From Octopus vulgaris (taxonomy: Eukaryota): DNA of 64,000 nucleotides. How positions within the stretch are numbered: the first letter of the stretch is position 1; every line of letters begins with the position of its first letter. The translations under genes and the position numbers were made by a program. Positions 13,919 to 29,274 of the stretch are shown one piece after another. The stretch lies in the NCBI GenBank assembly GCA_951406725.2, contig OX597819.1, forward strand, positions 22,630,001 to 22,694,000, written 5' to 3'. The notes beneath the pieces are model-generated. The model worked only from the letters and a program-made list of their open reading frames with translations, did not search any database and was not told the DNA's origin.

Positions 13919-14013
13919 GTATACTTATATATATTTACTTTTGTGTGTGTGAACATACGCATACATATGTATGTAATACATACATACATATATATAGTAC
14001 ATAAGAAGGTATA

Positions 14014-14068
<55 letters not shown>

Positions 14069-14781
14069 GCACATATACAAACATACCACCATCATTATCA
14101 TCACTATCGTTATAACGACTAGTAGATAACCGCTCGGAGAGTACAATTTATTTCCCATAACCCTTGGAACCACTGCTGAGATGTGAAATAATCATACAGG
14201 ATTTACTGCTGACAAGTGGCATATTGAAATCATGAAAACAGCTGTTTATTTGTGTTTTATGAAGTATTGATAACCTAAATCAATATTATTGCTAAGTGTA
14301 TCACATAAGTGTGACACATAACTTCACGTTAATTGAGTCATTATTTACTTTTAAAAATGTAATACTAAGCAATTTGAAAAGGAAAATATCTACCAATTAG
14401 TCGTTATAGACAGCCGTTCTTCTCTCCCATTGCTATGGGCGGGATTGATCTTCCAGAAAGCTACACTATCCGAATGTCCGATTCCGGGGTTTGACTTCGA
14501 CCAAGGATCATTCTTCGAAACAGATGTATTACTTCTCTGTTGAGATTCCTAATAGCCATATCTTTATTCTAATAAATATTTTGTGGTGGATTGAAACTCC
14601 CTGAAATCATTACCATTATCATGTTTTCTACGGGTCAGTGATATTCACTCTGTCAATCAAAATATTTTGAATTCGTAGGCTCCTCCTTTTCTTTCTTTGT
14701 AGTTCTTTTTCTACAGTGGCCTCAAGGTTTGGTCAAGACAAGATCACGCTTCCATTCGTCGTCTAGTTTTGTTTATATATG

Positions 14782-14802
14782 ATAATAATAATAATAATAA
14801 TG

Positions 14803-14850
<48 letters not shown>

Positions 14851-14930
14851 GTAATAATAATAATGATAATAATAATAATAATAATAATAATGATAATAAT
14901 AATAATAATAACAACAACAACAATAATAAA

Positions 14931-15004
<74 letters not shown>

Positions 15005-15035
15005 TAATAATAATAATAATAATGATAATAATATT
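14782..15035. repeat. (AAT)n microsatellite
   Basis: Direct reading of the sequence. Confidence 0.95.
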
Positions 15036-16109
15036 ATTCCAAACTTACAATGGTATATGATTTTTATTTTATACTTATTTTTTTTATAGGATGTAATTTT
15101 GTTCTATAATTTAATTTTTTCATTGTTGATTTAAGTGCTGCTATTTATGCATTATTAGTACGATCCCTCCAGGATGTATAAAAATAACGCAGGTAAATTC
15201 CTCTTTGAACCATATAATTTTTCTACACCCTGAAGAGATAATATTCATAATGCATAAATCGCTTCATATAAATGCAACAATATGTAATTAAAGCGATCGA
15301 AACACGCATCGAACAATTATTATGAATTAACCAACTGTAAATAAGCATAAAGTTTGAATGTTTAAATTGTTCATTCTCCTTATTATCAATATTGTACTTT
15401 ACACTCTATATAGCCAGCAAAAAAAAAATTAGCATCGGCTGGAAGTTAAAGGAAAGTTACCATAAAGCGCACCATCAGAAGGACAATGCCTTGGAATTGT
15501 ACATAGAGAAATGTGGTACCTGCGCACACGTAACCAGCGGCTATCGTTCTTTCTTCCTCTTGCTTTACAAGAGATTAGACCTACTTTTGCCAGTCTCCTG
15601 TCTTAGCTCCTTTCCTCAGCGTTCATCAATTTACCTAAATACGGCTTAACAGCCCTCACCGTTTGTTTTTACTGTTTGTTCTTACTTGTCCCTAGGTTCG
15701 AAAGGCGTAGTAGATAAAACAGAAGACAACTGATGAAGGGATTGTTCTTTATGTTGCCTGTGTCATTTCTCTATTTTTTCTTTCTCTTTTCGAAAAAAAA
15801 TTTCGTTTTCCATGTCTTTTTTATGTTCTCGTTTTATATTTTGATCACGTTTTTTACTCCTATAAACATATATGCATGTATATATACATACATATATATA
15901 TTTAGGTATGTACATATGTGTATGTGTATATATGCATATATACATATATATATAATATATATAATATATATATATATATAATATATATAATATAATATAT
16001 ATATATATACATATATATATATGTATATGTATGTGTATATATGTATATATATATAAATATTCGTCTTCTTCCTCTCCGCCGCATCCTTCCTAATTTTACT
16101 ACTACTGCT

Positions 16110-16600
16110 GTTTAGAAAACACCTACGCAAATTTTATAAACAAAACATTCAAAAGAGATGTCTTAAGAATTCAATCACTACTACCATCCACAAGTCACTT
16201 TCAAGTCACTTGACCGTTTAACATCCCACTACTATCATGGCACTCATGCATTCTTCATCTCATTTTTCTTCTTCTTCTTCTTCTTCTTCTTCTTCTTCTT
16301 CTTCTTCTTCTTCTTCTTCTTCTTCTTCTTCTTCTTCTTCTTCTTCTTCTTCTTCTTCTTCTTCTTCTTCTTCTTCTTCTTCTCTGCCAAGAATTCCCAA
16401 CGATCTCGACCCCACAAGAGTAAACGAGAAACAGATACTGGCAGAGACAAGGAAAAGGCCCCTTGTATTTGAATACTACTCAAATATTCTTTTTAAATCT
16501 TTTCATTTAAATTTTCCAAAATCAAATTATTTTCCATGCTTACAGTTCAGGAAATCTCAATGACGGAAACCGGTACTGAAATGTTTTTAATAAAATTATT
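16110..16600 (+). mobile_element. 3' UTR-like fragment of PLE family A containing (TCT)n
   Basis: gtcacttgaccgtttaacatcccactactatcat (about 16205) matches gtcacttgaacatttaacatccgactactatcat (1981). (TCT)n at 16267-16382. Confidence 0.5.
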
Positions 16601-16664
16601 TTAGCATTTTCTACCTTGACTTTTTCTATATATATATCAGCTCGTTTGTTCCTTTTCAACCTTC

Positions 16665-16726
<62 letters not shown>

Positions 16727-18139
16727 TACATATATGTATTTCTATGGATGTATGTGCATATAGACATGTGTATGCATCTATGTGCATATGAATATATATA
16801 TATATGTATGTATGTGTGTGTATATGAGTGGGGGGTTAATATTTATATATGTATACATCCCCAATGAATGCTGCTTTTCATGGCTGAGTGACCTTTGAAT
16901 ATTGTTTGAGGCTACAAATATGTTCTATCGGTGCATATATATATATGTGTGTGTTGCACGTGAGTGCAATTCAGTAAGACGCCGAGGAGTATTATTTGAT
17001 CATCAAATGATACTCGGGCAATCAGAAAGGAACCATCAATTATAATATTCGAATAACGGAAACAGATTAAAAGCATGATGAGATGCATTTGCAATCATGA
17101 AACCAAACAAATGAAACAACGGTGTCACTTTATATATACGTAATTTTGCAAACCATTCCCACTTAGTAGGACGGCTTTGCCAATTCATTATTACAATGTA
17201 GTAATATATATTTAAGTGGTGCCATTCAAACAAAGATAGAGGGATTTCTTAATAAATTTGATCCATGAAGTTGCTTACATGAATAGGCGTTATTGAATTC
17301 GAACAGTAAATTATCTACTGGTCTTTCCACATACATCTGGAGATGGAAAGAAATCATGTGACAGCATGTTTAATATAATTTGGTCTGAACTTGCTTTTGT
17401 ATATTCATTATCACAACAAGGTAAGAAGAAAAATGAGCGAATATGTCATCTTTCTATAATGGAATAACATTATATTAATATCAATGAAAAATAATAGTTT
17501 CAATAAAAAAATAGGTTTGAAACTGTATATATAAAACACAATAACTGCTCACATAAATTTCAAAGCGTAAATAGCATCTGTCATAAAAAAACTTTCAGGG
17601 AAAATGCTTTCACACTGTCACATTATATTACTTTCACTTTCGTTTGTTTTTAGTGTTTTATTTATTTTTTGTCTGCTTCTTTCTTGTTATTTTAATTTTC
17701 TCAATGCAAATTTTTGAGCTCAGTTTTTGGTGAACAAGTTCCCACTATACAAGCTGCTGTTCCCATTTTCTTTTCCTTTCATATCCCATTGCCTTTTCAT
17801 GCTTTAAAGATGGGGTACGCTTTTAGAATACATAGCTGCGACAAAAAAAATTTAATCATAAAATAATTATTTATTTTCTTTTAATGAATTTGCTTTTGAA
17901 TTAGTTGATCTGAACTTTGTGAAATTATTTAACATATATTTTGATTTATTTGCACACTCATCTAATCAATTTGTTCTCTTTGTTTTCCTTCTCTGAACAT
18001 TCTGTTTAACTATTTTCTGTTTCATTTCTTTCGAATACGAAAACTGGAACAGTGAAATTCTGAGTCAGGAAAATTGAAATTAATTTAATGTGTGTGTGTG
18101 TGTGAGTGTGTGTGTATGTGCGCGCGCATATATATTTTA

Positions 18140-18390
<251 letters not shown>

Positions 18391-18520
18391 ACAGCTGCAG
18401 ATAGTTGCAGTAACAACTTCAAAATTGCAATTAGAATAGTTCCTATGATTATATTTATTCTAAATCTTAATTTTCTAAATTTTCATTTCGGCTTCAGTTT
18501 TCTCACTCATTGGATATATA

Positions 18521-18806
18521 TCTCTCTATATATAAACGGCAGTTTGTCTGTGCGTGTTTCTGTGTGTCTGTCAGGTTGTACCCTCACCCTGACCACGGCT
18601 TTCAACCGATTCTGATGAAACTTGACACAATCAGAAACACGAACCACAAACTGTCTAGGGGACGCAACTCCACCTTTTTTAAATCTCAAAAAAAAATTTA
18701 CCATCATTTCTTTCCATTTTTATGCTATTTTTTGGCTATAACTCTCTAAAAATACTTTATAGTTATTTCCCTTACAAACCTGAGCAACGCCGGGCGATAC
18801 TGCTAG
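18521..18806 (+). mobile_element. Non-autonomous Helitron-like element (family H1)
   Basis: 5' TC(tatata), subterminal hairpin cctgagcaacgccggg, 3' CTAG at 18803-18806, A/T flanks. Confidence 0.7.
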
Positions 18807-18812
18807 TATATA

Positions 18813-18848
<36 letters not shown>

Positions 18849-18849
<1 letters not shown>

Positions 18850-19558
18850 TAGCTTAAGGTAACCCGCTCTACGCGTAGGTTGTTACTTTCTGTTGCTTCC
18901 TTTTCTCCCTCTTTGTTTCTCTATCCTTTCTTATTTTCCCACTCTCTTACTCTTCTTTTCTCTCGGACTTTCCCTCGCTTTCTCTTACTCTTTATCTTTC
19001 TCTATCTATCTTTCTACCATTTATAAAAAAATCAGATTTCCGCGTTGAAATTACAAAACCGCTTCCACTATACCTTGTTGAAAATTTGATAGAAATCGGG
19101 CAAAGAGTGTTCGATCTAGACCACCAGGTGTCCCCCAAAATAAAAGAAATCCCAGTTTTAACACCAAAGCAACCATTGTAGCGCCGCAAAACATCTCCCA
19201 ATCAATTTTCCCCCTTAAGTTACCCCTCCTGTAAATTTGAATCTCCTTCCAGTGCCATTTAGACCGCTTTTTACATAAAAATCTAATTTGTGTCTACGTT
19301 CGCCTTCTTCATTTTGTAGACAGGATTAGATGCCAAGCGCGCCAATCTGGAGGGACTTAGGGCCCCCTTGAATCTTCTCACCATTGCAACCGCATCTTTC
19401 CAGATGGTGAGTTTTAACCAACTCCATTCTCTGCCTCATCACGCCTTCTATGCCTGTGTCAATTTTCAGCTCGATCTGACCACTGGTGTGGCCGCCAACC
19501 TTTGACGAACCAAAACGTGCACACAATTTTGACCCAAAGCCTCTTTTATATATATAGA
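18849..19558 (-). mobile_element. Helitron-like element (second family)
   Basis: On the minus strand it starts TCtatatatataaaagagg and ends with a GC-rich subterminal motif and CTAG at 18849-18852. Another 3'-end-like motif follows at about 19559. Confidence 0.5.
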
Positions 19559-19800
19559 TAGCAGAGAAACCCGGTCTTGCTGGGGATTAAAATAGTTTAT
19601 CATTGTTTTATTTGTTTCGGTAATATAACTCGATTTCATTCGGGTCTACGCGGGCCACACTTTAAAGATTAGGAATTTTGCCCTAGAGGCCACACCTTTC
19701 AATTGAGCAAAAAAAAAGTTGCCATGCAAACTCACCAGCACTTTTAACATAGGTGTGCATATTTTCAGCTCAACCGACCACATAATCACATAATGCACAC

Positions 19801-19864
<64 letters not shown>

Positions 19865-20065
19865 TATGTACATATATACGCATTATATATATATATATAT
19901 ATATGTGTGTGTGGGTGTGGGTGTGTACGCATTATGTATACAAATGTAGACAAATTATATATATATATAATTAATGTAGGGTAAAATTTTTTTCGGGAAA
20001 AAAATTTCATCAATGGCCAGCATATAAAAAAATACGAGTAAGTATTTCACTTATATCTCCCGTAT

Positions 20066-20127
20066 TTGCCGCTGAAGAGGAGAAAATTCTTATGAAAATA
20101 AACTCCGAAATTGGTCCAGTAGGGTAA
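20066..20127 (+). ncRNA. Type I hammerhead ribozyme motif
   Basis: ttgccg CTGAAGA ggag-(20 nt)-ctcc GAAA ttggtccag TA gggtaa. Stem III is near-palindromic, the site is GUA, and stem I has one mismatch. Confidence 0.7.
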
Positions 20128-20241
20128 TAACGAATTTTTTAGAAATATCTATCGGTTTTTTTCGGGACGCAGAAATTATAACGGTTAATTGACAATTTTT
20201 GTCTTGTTTTCGGCATATTTGGCATTAGAATTTTTCTTTTG

Positions 20242-20300
<59 letters not shown>

Positions 20301-20607
20301 AATATATACACTTTGTATATACATTATATATACATTGTTATATATAGATACAGACACACACATACACACACATATATAAATTAACCCAATAAATATCTGA
20401 TTCATAATATTTGTTCTCATTATTGTGTGGTGGGGGTGGCGATAATAAAAATCTCTATGAATGCAGACAGACGTACAGAGAGAGAGAGAGAGAGAGAGAG
20501 AAGGCGGCAGGGGAAGTATAGTAGTAGGTGTCAAACGTCGTTATAGAGAGAAAGTGATGGGAAGGGAGGAAAGAGAGAGAGAGAGACGGGGTAAGACGTA
20601 GTTTATG

Positions 20608-22141
20608 CTTACACGTGCATAAACTAAGAATATGAAAATGAAACTAATAAATTATAGTAACTAAGGAATTTATATTCAATTATAAATATTTAGGGGTGGA
20701 AAAAGTATTCGTATAGAACATAAATAACTGATAATTCTGATTTAATACTTCTTAGCATAACCATTATTCAGTTCCACTTCAACCAATCTCTTCTTGCAGT
20801 TCTTAATCAATGACTCGCATGTTTCTTTAGGGATTTTTTCCCATTCTTCTTGACAAATTTTATTCAAATCTGTAATGCACGTTGGGGCTCTTGAATGAAT
20901 TTTAATTTTCAGATAATGCCACAAATTTTCAATGGGGTTCAAGTCGGGTGACTGGCTTGGCCATTCTATTAATTTTATATTGTGATCGACAATCCATTTT
21001 TTGGTAGACTTCGCGTGTGCTTAGGGTCGTTATCCTGTTGTAAAACCCACCTTCACAAAGCTGGAGCTTTTCTACAGAGTCCCATAAATTATTGTTCAAA
21101 ATATTCTGGTACATGTCTGCATTCATTTTACCATCTATCACATGTAACTTGCCAGTACCATTTGCAGAGAAGCACCCCCACACCATGATGTTGCCAACTC
21201 CAAACTTTATGGTAGGAATTGTGTATTTCGGCGGATAGGCAGTCCAATCTTTCCTCCAAACATGGCTACGCGAATTTCGTCCAAACAATTCAATTTTCGA
21301 CTCGTCTGTCCATTGAAAATTTTCCCAGAATGTATAGATTTATCCTTATGTTCATAACCAAATTTTAATCGGGCATCTCTATGCCTTTTAGTCAACAGCG
21401 GAGTATTTGTAGGAGAGCGTCACTTCAGTCCATTCGTATGAAGTTCATTGCTGATTGTTCGTAGTGTAACACTAGTCCCTGAAGCTAACAAATCTTCTTT
21501 CAACTCCTTCCTGGTGATCATTGCGTTTTTTCGATTCTTCGCTTCATTTTTCTTAAAGATCTGGGGGAAATCTTGCGTGGTGCACCGGATCTTATTCTGT
21601 TTTCAACAGTTCCCAATTTTTTTTTTCATATCTTTAAATAAATGAAGATATGGTAGAAAATGGGATACAAAGGGTCTCTGATATTTTCCTGATATTTTCC
21701 TGTAACTTTTACCTGCTTTCCACTGTTCAATAATTAAGTTTTTCACTGTATTTGTGAGTTCTTTACTTTTCACCATTATTACGATAGTATTTTATGTTGT
21801 CTCAGTGCTTAATGAAGAAGCTAGCGTTTTGACACTTAAAAATGACAACTGATAAGATTATTGGAACAAACGAGAAAGTTCTAGTAAAAATAAAATTATT
21901 TTAACAGTATTTTGTGGCATAGAAAATCATAAATTTATTCTTCACGAATACTTTTTTCACCCCTAAATATTTATAATTGTATATAAATTCATTAGTTACT
22001 ATAATTTATTAGTTTCTTTTGCATATTTTAAGTTTATGCATGTGTATGTAAATATAGTATTGGTATATCCCATTTATTTTCATTAGAAATTAAATAAAAA
22101 AAGAATTTTGACATGTACGAATATTTATTTTCCCCCACTGT
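20608..22141 (-). mobile_element. Tc1-family (IR-DR type) DNA transposon, decayed
   Basis: Long inverted repeats at about 20608-20712 and 21945-22050. The right end ...cgaatatttattttcccccactgTA has an inner direct repeat cgaatacttttttcacccc. The left outer end is missing. Confidence 0.9.
20742..21776 (-). pseudogene. Tc1 DD34E transposase pseudogene
   Basis: Starts MVKSKELT at 21776. Fragments LTKRHRDARLKF, PTIKFGVGNIMVWGCFSANGTG and NPIENLWHYLK...CQEEWEKIP lie in different frames. Confidence 0.9.
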
Positions 22142-23269
22142 ATATATTATTTGAATAAAGTAATATATAAAGTAATATATATAATGATAAATATCGTGCT
22201 TTCCATAAGATGCCTTAACGCTAATAGTGAGGTTCTTACCATTTATTATGAAAGCGCTTGTGATTTCTCCAGCCCTCATAAAATATCTGTTTATCTAAAT
22301 ACAGTATAGAGAACAATAAAAGAGAAATGATGAACGCCACAAACAAAATATATGCGAACATTAAGTCATCTGTTTCATTGTAATATGATCAATGAGGCAG
22401 CAAGCTTACAGTCAGCTAATTGTCAGTGTGGTGGACAAAATGTTTATTATCATTTGTTCCGGCTCCTGAAGTTCAACGTCCTTGAAAATAGACTTCGCAT
22501 TTCATTTTCTGAGGATCGGTAAGGAAACTAGTACTTGAGCGCTAGGGTAGATTTAATTGTGCCAAATTTATAGCATATCAATGGGAATTTCTCTGACGGC
22601 AAGTTACATTAATATACCATATCCCTCTGATATCTATTGCGTTTTTAACACAGCACTTCCATAATAAACGTTATCCTGTAAAATATACTGCATTAACTGG
22701 ACTGTCGGCTGTGTGTATAAGTTAAGTATGAAATAAACTAACAGTTTTACTTGTTTAAGATTTTTGTTGTCAATGAACTCCGTCTCAAATTTAGCCAAGT
22801 TAATTAAAATATATATCGGGCTGGGTGGAAACGTATTTTTGCAATCCATAATAGTATGCTCATATGATATTTAGATAACATAAAATATGTGGCTTCTGTG
22901 CATTTCATGAGACTGTTGTTGTCTTCATAGCACAACAGATAGCTTTGGATGACGCAGACAAACCAAATGTTTTCCCTGCAAACATCTTGTAAAACTGCGC
23001 TACAAACTTCAGTGAGATATTTACAGCAATGATGATCACATTTTTCGACAACAGCATTCCTAGCATCTGCTTTATGCATTACACTGAACAGTTCTTATAC
23101 AATATCTACCATCTTAAAATTCTCGCTAAAATAAATCTGCTTTTCTCCCTTTTTTACTAATCATTCTTCCTGCAACGCTTCTAGTGAGCAAGAAAGGCAG
23201 CATTTTATCGACCAAGCTTCATTAAACTGTGTCAACTTCAGTCATGCAATAAGCACAAAAATGATTAAT

Positions 23270-23900
23270 GTCATGCACCACTTTCACCTCGCACATCGAG
23301 AAATTTCAAGTGATACTTAATAGGGAAAAAATGTCGGCGGTTGCCTGGTTCGCCTACATCGGATATACACTCTCAAGAGAAGTGATCAATGACGAAGCGG
23401 TCAATAGCTGGATCTGCAAAACTGCTGCTGACGTAAGCAAACTGCGAGAAAATGGTTGGGCATGCAGGTTGTCGTCTCTACTATCCTATATACCCGAACC
23501 TCAATCCTCTTCCCGCACATCTGATTTCAGGACAGGATATCTAAGACTGGGTTAGTTCGGCTGAGCAAAACACCAATCTTGTACACTTCTCTAAAGAAAG
23601 CCTATGTAAGATTAAGTGGGCATAACATGGGTATGCCAGGCTATCACATTCCAAATTCGCTGCTTTATGGAAGACCGCATTAAAAAAACGCACTTTTGAA
23701 TGAAAGGGATAACGTTCATGGACTGTCAAAATTTATTTCTAAAAGGTCACAGTATTGTAGTTGACTCATGTGAGATGGCTGGCCAAAATTAACACAAGCA
23801 CAATTTGATTCACCAAGATGTTCAAATATCTAAAAGGAAAAGCACTGTTGCTGAGAAGGTTTGACTCCACAAAGATAAGCTTCAGCTGCCGCTATCTTAT
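23270..23900 (+). mobile_element. Old RTE-like LINE RT relic
   Basis: FAYIGYTLSREVINDEAVNSWICK resembles the RTE 'YLGSTLS....DDEVN.RI.KA' segment; many stops. Confidence 0.5.
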
Positions 23901-25119
23901 ATTCAGCATCTTATATGTATATGTGTATGCCTTACATATAGGATAATATTTCTGTCTAGGATAGGTTCCCATAATTCTCCTTGAAGCTCACCACACCAAA
24001 TTTGAAGCCAATTATTGTCTATTAATGACAAAAAAGAACGAAGATCTCGATGAGTCAACGCGTCTGGTTTATATTTTTGCTTTATTTTTCGTCTGACCAT
24101 CGGTATCGTTGAAAGATTTGGTTAAGGAAAATAATAGTTGGGATCTTTTCACAACAAATGTGATTCTAAAAACAAATCTACACAATGATTTTCATCCGAA
24201 CGGAACGTTTCCGGAAATGTGGACAGTTTGAAAAGTATCTATTACGCAATTACGCCGTACCACATTTTTTCTGAATAATCTCCCAACAGCACACACATAC
24301 ATGTATATTTAAGGAAATCTTAAGAGGTTTCACCACATACACGCACATATTCACAGCCACACACACATAAGTACGTATGCATGTACGTATAAATGCACGA
24401 TGAGATCATGATTTATTGACATTTATTTAGTTGTTGTCAGAGAGAATAAACGGTATAGAATATCAAATGTTCCAGTTAACATTCATCCAGTTTCTTATAA
24501 TTGAATTTCCTCCGTTTACTGAGAATTTCGCCCACATTGCAAACTGCAAAATGAAATAGTAAATGAAAACGCAATGTTATTTAACATATTAATTGATGGA
24601 GACAGCAAATATTTTTTCAATATAAACTAAATTTACAATAATAAAGAAAGATCATTATTTTTGGGCACACGTCTCAAAAAATTATCCCAGGTCCTATATG
24701 TGAAGTTGAGCCTTCCATAAAATTTAATGCACTAAAGCTTTCAATTTTTTCACTTATTTTCCTGAACGTCAGCTGCTGAATTTGGGGTAGGTCCTTTCAG
24801 CCTTTAAATAGAGCAAATATTCTCCAGTTGGTTGTATAGTTTATTACGGCTTAATTCAATAAATGTAATTGTCAAAATGTATTAAGCGCAATGGAGTAGT
24901 GTCTGATGAATTGAACTTGTACGTTATCTGGCGCAATGAACTGATTAATAAACGTTGATTGCAAATACATTGTAGTATATTACCATTCATTTATCTTTTC
25001 TTTGTTTGATCTATAAAATTCTTAGAATAGAAATATTAGTTTCTATTTGGGTTGAATTACTCCGGCCCTTCGTCATAACAGATTTGGTGCGGAAGAAATT
25101 CAACATGAATCGAAATAAC

Positions 25120-25965
25120 GTCGTGTATCTAAAAAGAGGTAGCAAGTTCGGAGGAGGGAGTAATTCAATTAGGTTGACCCGAATAATAAGCTGGTGCTTA
25201 TTTTATCGACCCCGAAAGGATGAAAGGCACAGTCGACATCGGCGAAAATTTTAACTCGGGGCCTAATGACGGACGAAATGATGCTTAGTATTCTGCTAGG
25301 AGTGCTAACGATTCTTCCAGGTTGTCGACTATGTATCTAGTATGATTAAGAACATTATAACTGAACTAGAAGCATCTAAATCAATGAGATCCATATATTA
25401 AAATTATAGGGTATATTTTAATTCCCTAAATTTATTTTCCGAACTAGATAGAAATAGAACACATTCCTGGCAAAATATTTCTTACCGTCCCAAAGAAGCC
25501 AATCACAAACCAGCTTATAATGTTGCTCATATTCTTTTCTACTCAAGGCACAAGGCCTGAAATTGGGGGGAGGGGGCCAGTCGATTAGATCGGCCCTAGT
25601 ATGCAACTGGTATTTTATTTATCAACCCCGTAAAGATGAAAGGCAAAGTCGACCACGGCGGAATTTGAACTCAGAACGAAAAGACAGACCAAATACCGCT
25701 AAGCATTTCGCCCGGCATGTTTACGTTTCTTTTTTGTTTATCGCCCACAAGGGGCTAAACATTAAGGGGACAAACAAGGACAGACAAAGGGATTAAATTG
25801 ATTACATTGACTCCAGTGCGTAACTGGTACTTAATTTATCGACCCCGAAAGGATGAAAGGCAAAGTCGTCCTCGACAGAATTTGAACTCAGAGCGTAACG
25901 GCAGACGAAATATCGCGAATAATTTCGCCCGGCTTGCTAACTTTTCTGCCAACTCGCCGCCTTAA
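25120..25965 (-). mobile_element. Cluster of tRNA-derived SINE family C copies
   Basis: Repeated ttatcgaccccgaaaggatgaaaggcaaagtcgacc..ggaatttgaactcag; head aaggcggcgagttggcag at about 25963. Confidence 0.85.
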
Positions 25966-26517
25966 TGCTGCTCATATTCTAACCGAGCAATTGTGATTAT
26001 TTTCATAGACTGGATTAATGGAATTAGAAAGACTCCAGAAACTGGTGAAATGCAGGAAGTTAATTTTGCTCTTAAAATGTTGACAGTTAAATGGTTCAGG
26101 AAAAATGTACTTGAAACTACAGAAGTCTGACGTCATGGGAGAAAAGGACTAGGATTCGCAGATAGTTCTGTGTCGGAGGAGAGACGAATGCATCAGATGT
26201 AACATAAGACCAACTGGAGATGTTAGTATGTGAACAAGCTGTTCAAAGACAGAGTTTGTTTAACAGGAGCTTGCAAGAATAAGTATACAGAAAGTATCAC
26301 ATCAAATGTTAGAATATTTAATTCATGAAAATTAATAGCACATTTAATTAGTAAGCCTCATTTTTGATATTTTCCGTATCATTTATCATAATACATTTTT
26401 CATAACTATAATAATAATTTTATCGTAACATTTAATAATTTTGATAAAAATAAATGAGCAATGACCGTATTTTCTTTTTTCTTAACTGTATACCAACTTT
26501 TGCACGACCCTGTATAT

Positions 26518-26585
<68 letters not shown>

Positions 26586-26589
26586 ATTT

Positions 26590-26808
26590 AAATCCTTAAA
26601 TACTTAGAAATGTTTTAGCCCGAAATAAAAATTTACCATCATTTTTGCTCATTTTTAATGCATTTTTTTGCTATTGTATAAGGGAAGTAACTCTCTAAAA
26701 ATGTATCATTGAATCTCAGAACATAAAAAGCTACAGTAACACCCCACTTTGTGGTTAGACATATTGAGATTGCTATTATACAAAGCCGAGCAACGCCGGG
26801 CGATACTG

Positions 26809-26812
<4 letters not shown>
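26590..26812 (+). mobile_element. Helitron-like H1 3' fragment
   Basis: ccgagcaacgccgggcgatactgcta followed by (TA)n. Confidence 0.6.
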
Positions 26813-26863
<51 letters not shown>

Positions 26864-27015
26864 ATATAATATATATATTAAACTTAAATGTTGAAGTGAA
26901 TCGAACGGCTTTTGTGTGTTTCTTAACTGGCTTACAAACACCTTCCACGCTGCAATTGTTTTCGTTTCAGCACACGATTTCAGATCAAATCACTTGCTAT
27001 GCAGATACATCTCCG

Positions 27016-27059
<44 letters not shown>

Positions 27060-28594
27060 ACAATAAAATTTATAATTATAAGCATAATTATAATTAGGAT
27101 TCAGCAAAATTTGCTTCACCACATACCGAAATTTAGAAATAGCAGTTAAACGCTATTCCACTACCATTTGATTGTTTAGTTTTAACTACTTATGTGGTCC
27201 ATCCCGATATTAATGGTTTTGATCTAACATTTATTTAATTACGAGGATATAATTGTATTACCTTTGATCAATAATAAATTACGTGTTATGTATAGGGGTA
27301 CATACATATGATATTGAATAACTTTGGATTAATATTAAATAACCATCTTATATCAGTAAATGGATAGGTATTAATGCAGAATTAAAATATGAATAGTAAC
27401 CGATTTGAGTAACATTAAAATTGTATATCGATCTCTAAAATATCAACAATAATAAACTTAAACTAGAAGATAATATATGGTCAGATACAGAATATTTTGT
27501 TTTTATTATGGTATTTTATACAACTTAACCTTTGCAACGAGTTTAATTGGGGAGGTGTAAAGGCTGATGTTAAGTTGACTATATGGATTTGCATTATAGT
27601 AAGGGTATATTTACACGGTGAATTTGATTTTTATATCTTTCGTAAATTTCTTCCAATTCCTTTACCATAAATCTTGTCAAATGTGTATTACATAGTTTCT
27701 ATTTCTTTCGAAAGCTTTGTCTGAACATTTTCCAATCTTTGCCAAATATATAATCCTAACGTATAATACCCTTTTAGGCCATTTATTATATATTAGGAAT
27801 TAGCACAGTTTTCACTTTAAATGGTTTATATTATTATTTTTTTAGTTATTAGTATGTATATATATGTATATGTGTATGTGGGTGTTTATAAGTATATGTA
27901 TATGTGTACATGGATATGTACGTATGTATGTATGTATTTATGTGCATATGCTTATCTATGTGTATGTGTGCATGTGCGCATATATGTACGTATGTACGTA
28001 TGTGAATTTTAACCAACCAACCGTAACTAAGACAATGAAATTCAAATGTGCCAACCAATTGGATTTAGCTTGAGATTGTAAATAATCTCTCCCCTACCTC
28101 CGTAAGATTTTTAACCACTGTAATACTGTATTGATAATACTGTAAGCATAGCTCGTTACGGCCTATATCTTACCTCTTGTTCCGTGAACTCTACGTATGT
28201 ACATGCATATATCTTTTGTATGATGTAAAAGGATAAAATCTCTTTATATATGTATATGTATTAGTTGATGTTTTTACGCATGTATGTATATGCATATACA
28301 TCTATTTGTTACCTGTGTGTATATATATGTATGCAGATTAAGAATGAAGTTTCGACTTTGACTGTATGATATATGAATATAATGGCAATATCTGTTACAT
28401 TATTTGTTGAATTAATGTGCTTGCATCTTCCATAAACATCTGTCTATATATTATGTTATACTATATTATATATGTAATATACAATATATTATATTATATT
28501 ATAATACACTATATTATATTATACTATATGTTATGTGATATTTTCCATCTACTATGTATTGTGATTAGCATAATACACATATTCCATTATTGGT

Positions 28595-28641
<47 letters not shown>

Positions 28642-28935
28642 TAATAATAATAATAATAACAATATTAATAGGTTTGGTAATTTAATATAATGAACTTTGA
28701 ACTTTGTATATGTACCCATTGATGTGGATGTATTTGTATACTCCAATATATATATTTGATTATCTGTAACCCTATGTGTATGAATATTATTATTTATATA
28801 TATATATACTTATATATATGTATATATATGTATATACACTTATAAATATATGTATATATATATATTCTTGTGTATGTGTATTTTGTTTCATATTTCTATT
28901 TGCATTTTACATTTTTATAATTTTTGTACTTTATA

Positions 28936-29056
28936 ATCTCTGACGAGGCCTTGGATATATAACTAACTCATTTTCAAGTGCATATTACCTCAATAAATAT
29001 GACTAATATAGGCACAATGAGATACCTTTATCTACAGGCTGAAACAGCTGTAAGAT
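28936..29056 (+). ncRNA. Type I hammerhead ribozyme with long stem II insert
   Basis: atct CTGACGA ggcc...(86 nt)...ggct GAAA cagctg TA agat. The core is intact, stem III is the perfect palindrome ACAGCTGT, and stem I is atct/agat. Confidence 0.8.
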
Positions 29057-29234
29057 CCATTTCATATGTGTTATTTTTATGGTATTATCTTACTTATTGA
29101 TGTATATTGTTAGATTCTGTTTTATTCTGTTGGATTTGGATGTTCCTATTTAAGTAGTTAATAAATAATATAAATTGGTATTATCTGTAAGTTGATGATT
29201 GAAAAGAATCTGTTCCTCCATTTTCTTTTCCATT

Positions 29235-29274
<40 letters not shown>

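Noticed and set aside
15225-15315. CTGAAGA gat...atc GAAAC as an intact hammerhead
   Set aside because: Stems I and III are poorly paired; kept only as a possible relic.
15690-15745. gaaa...ctgatga as a permuted hammerhead
   Set aside because: Stems I and III do not pair.
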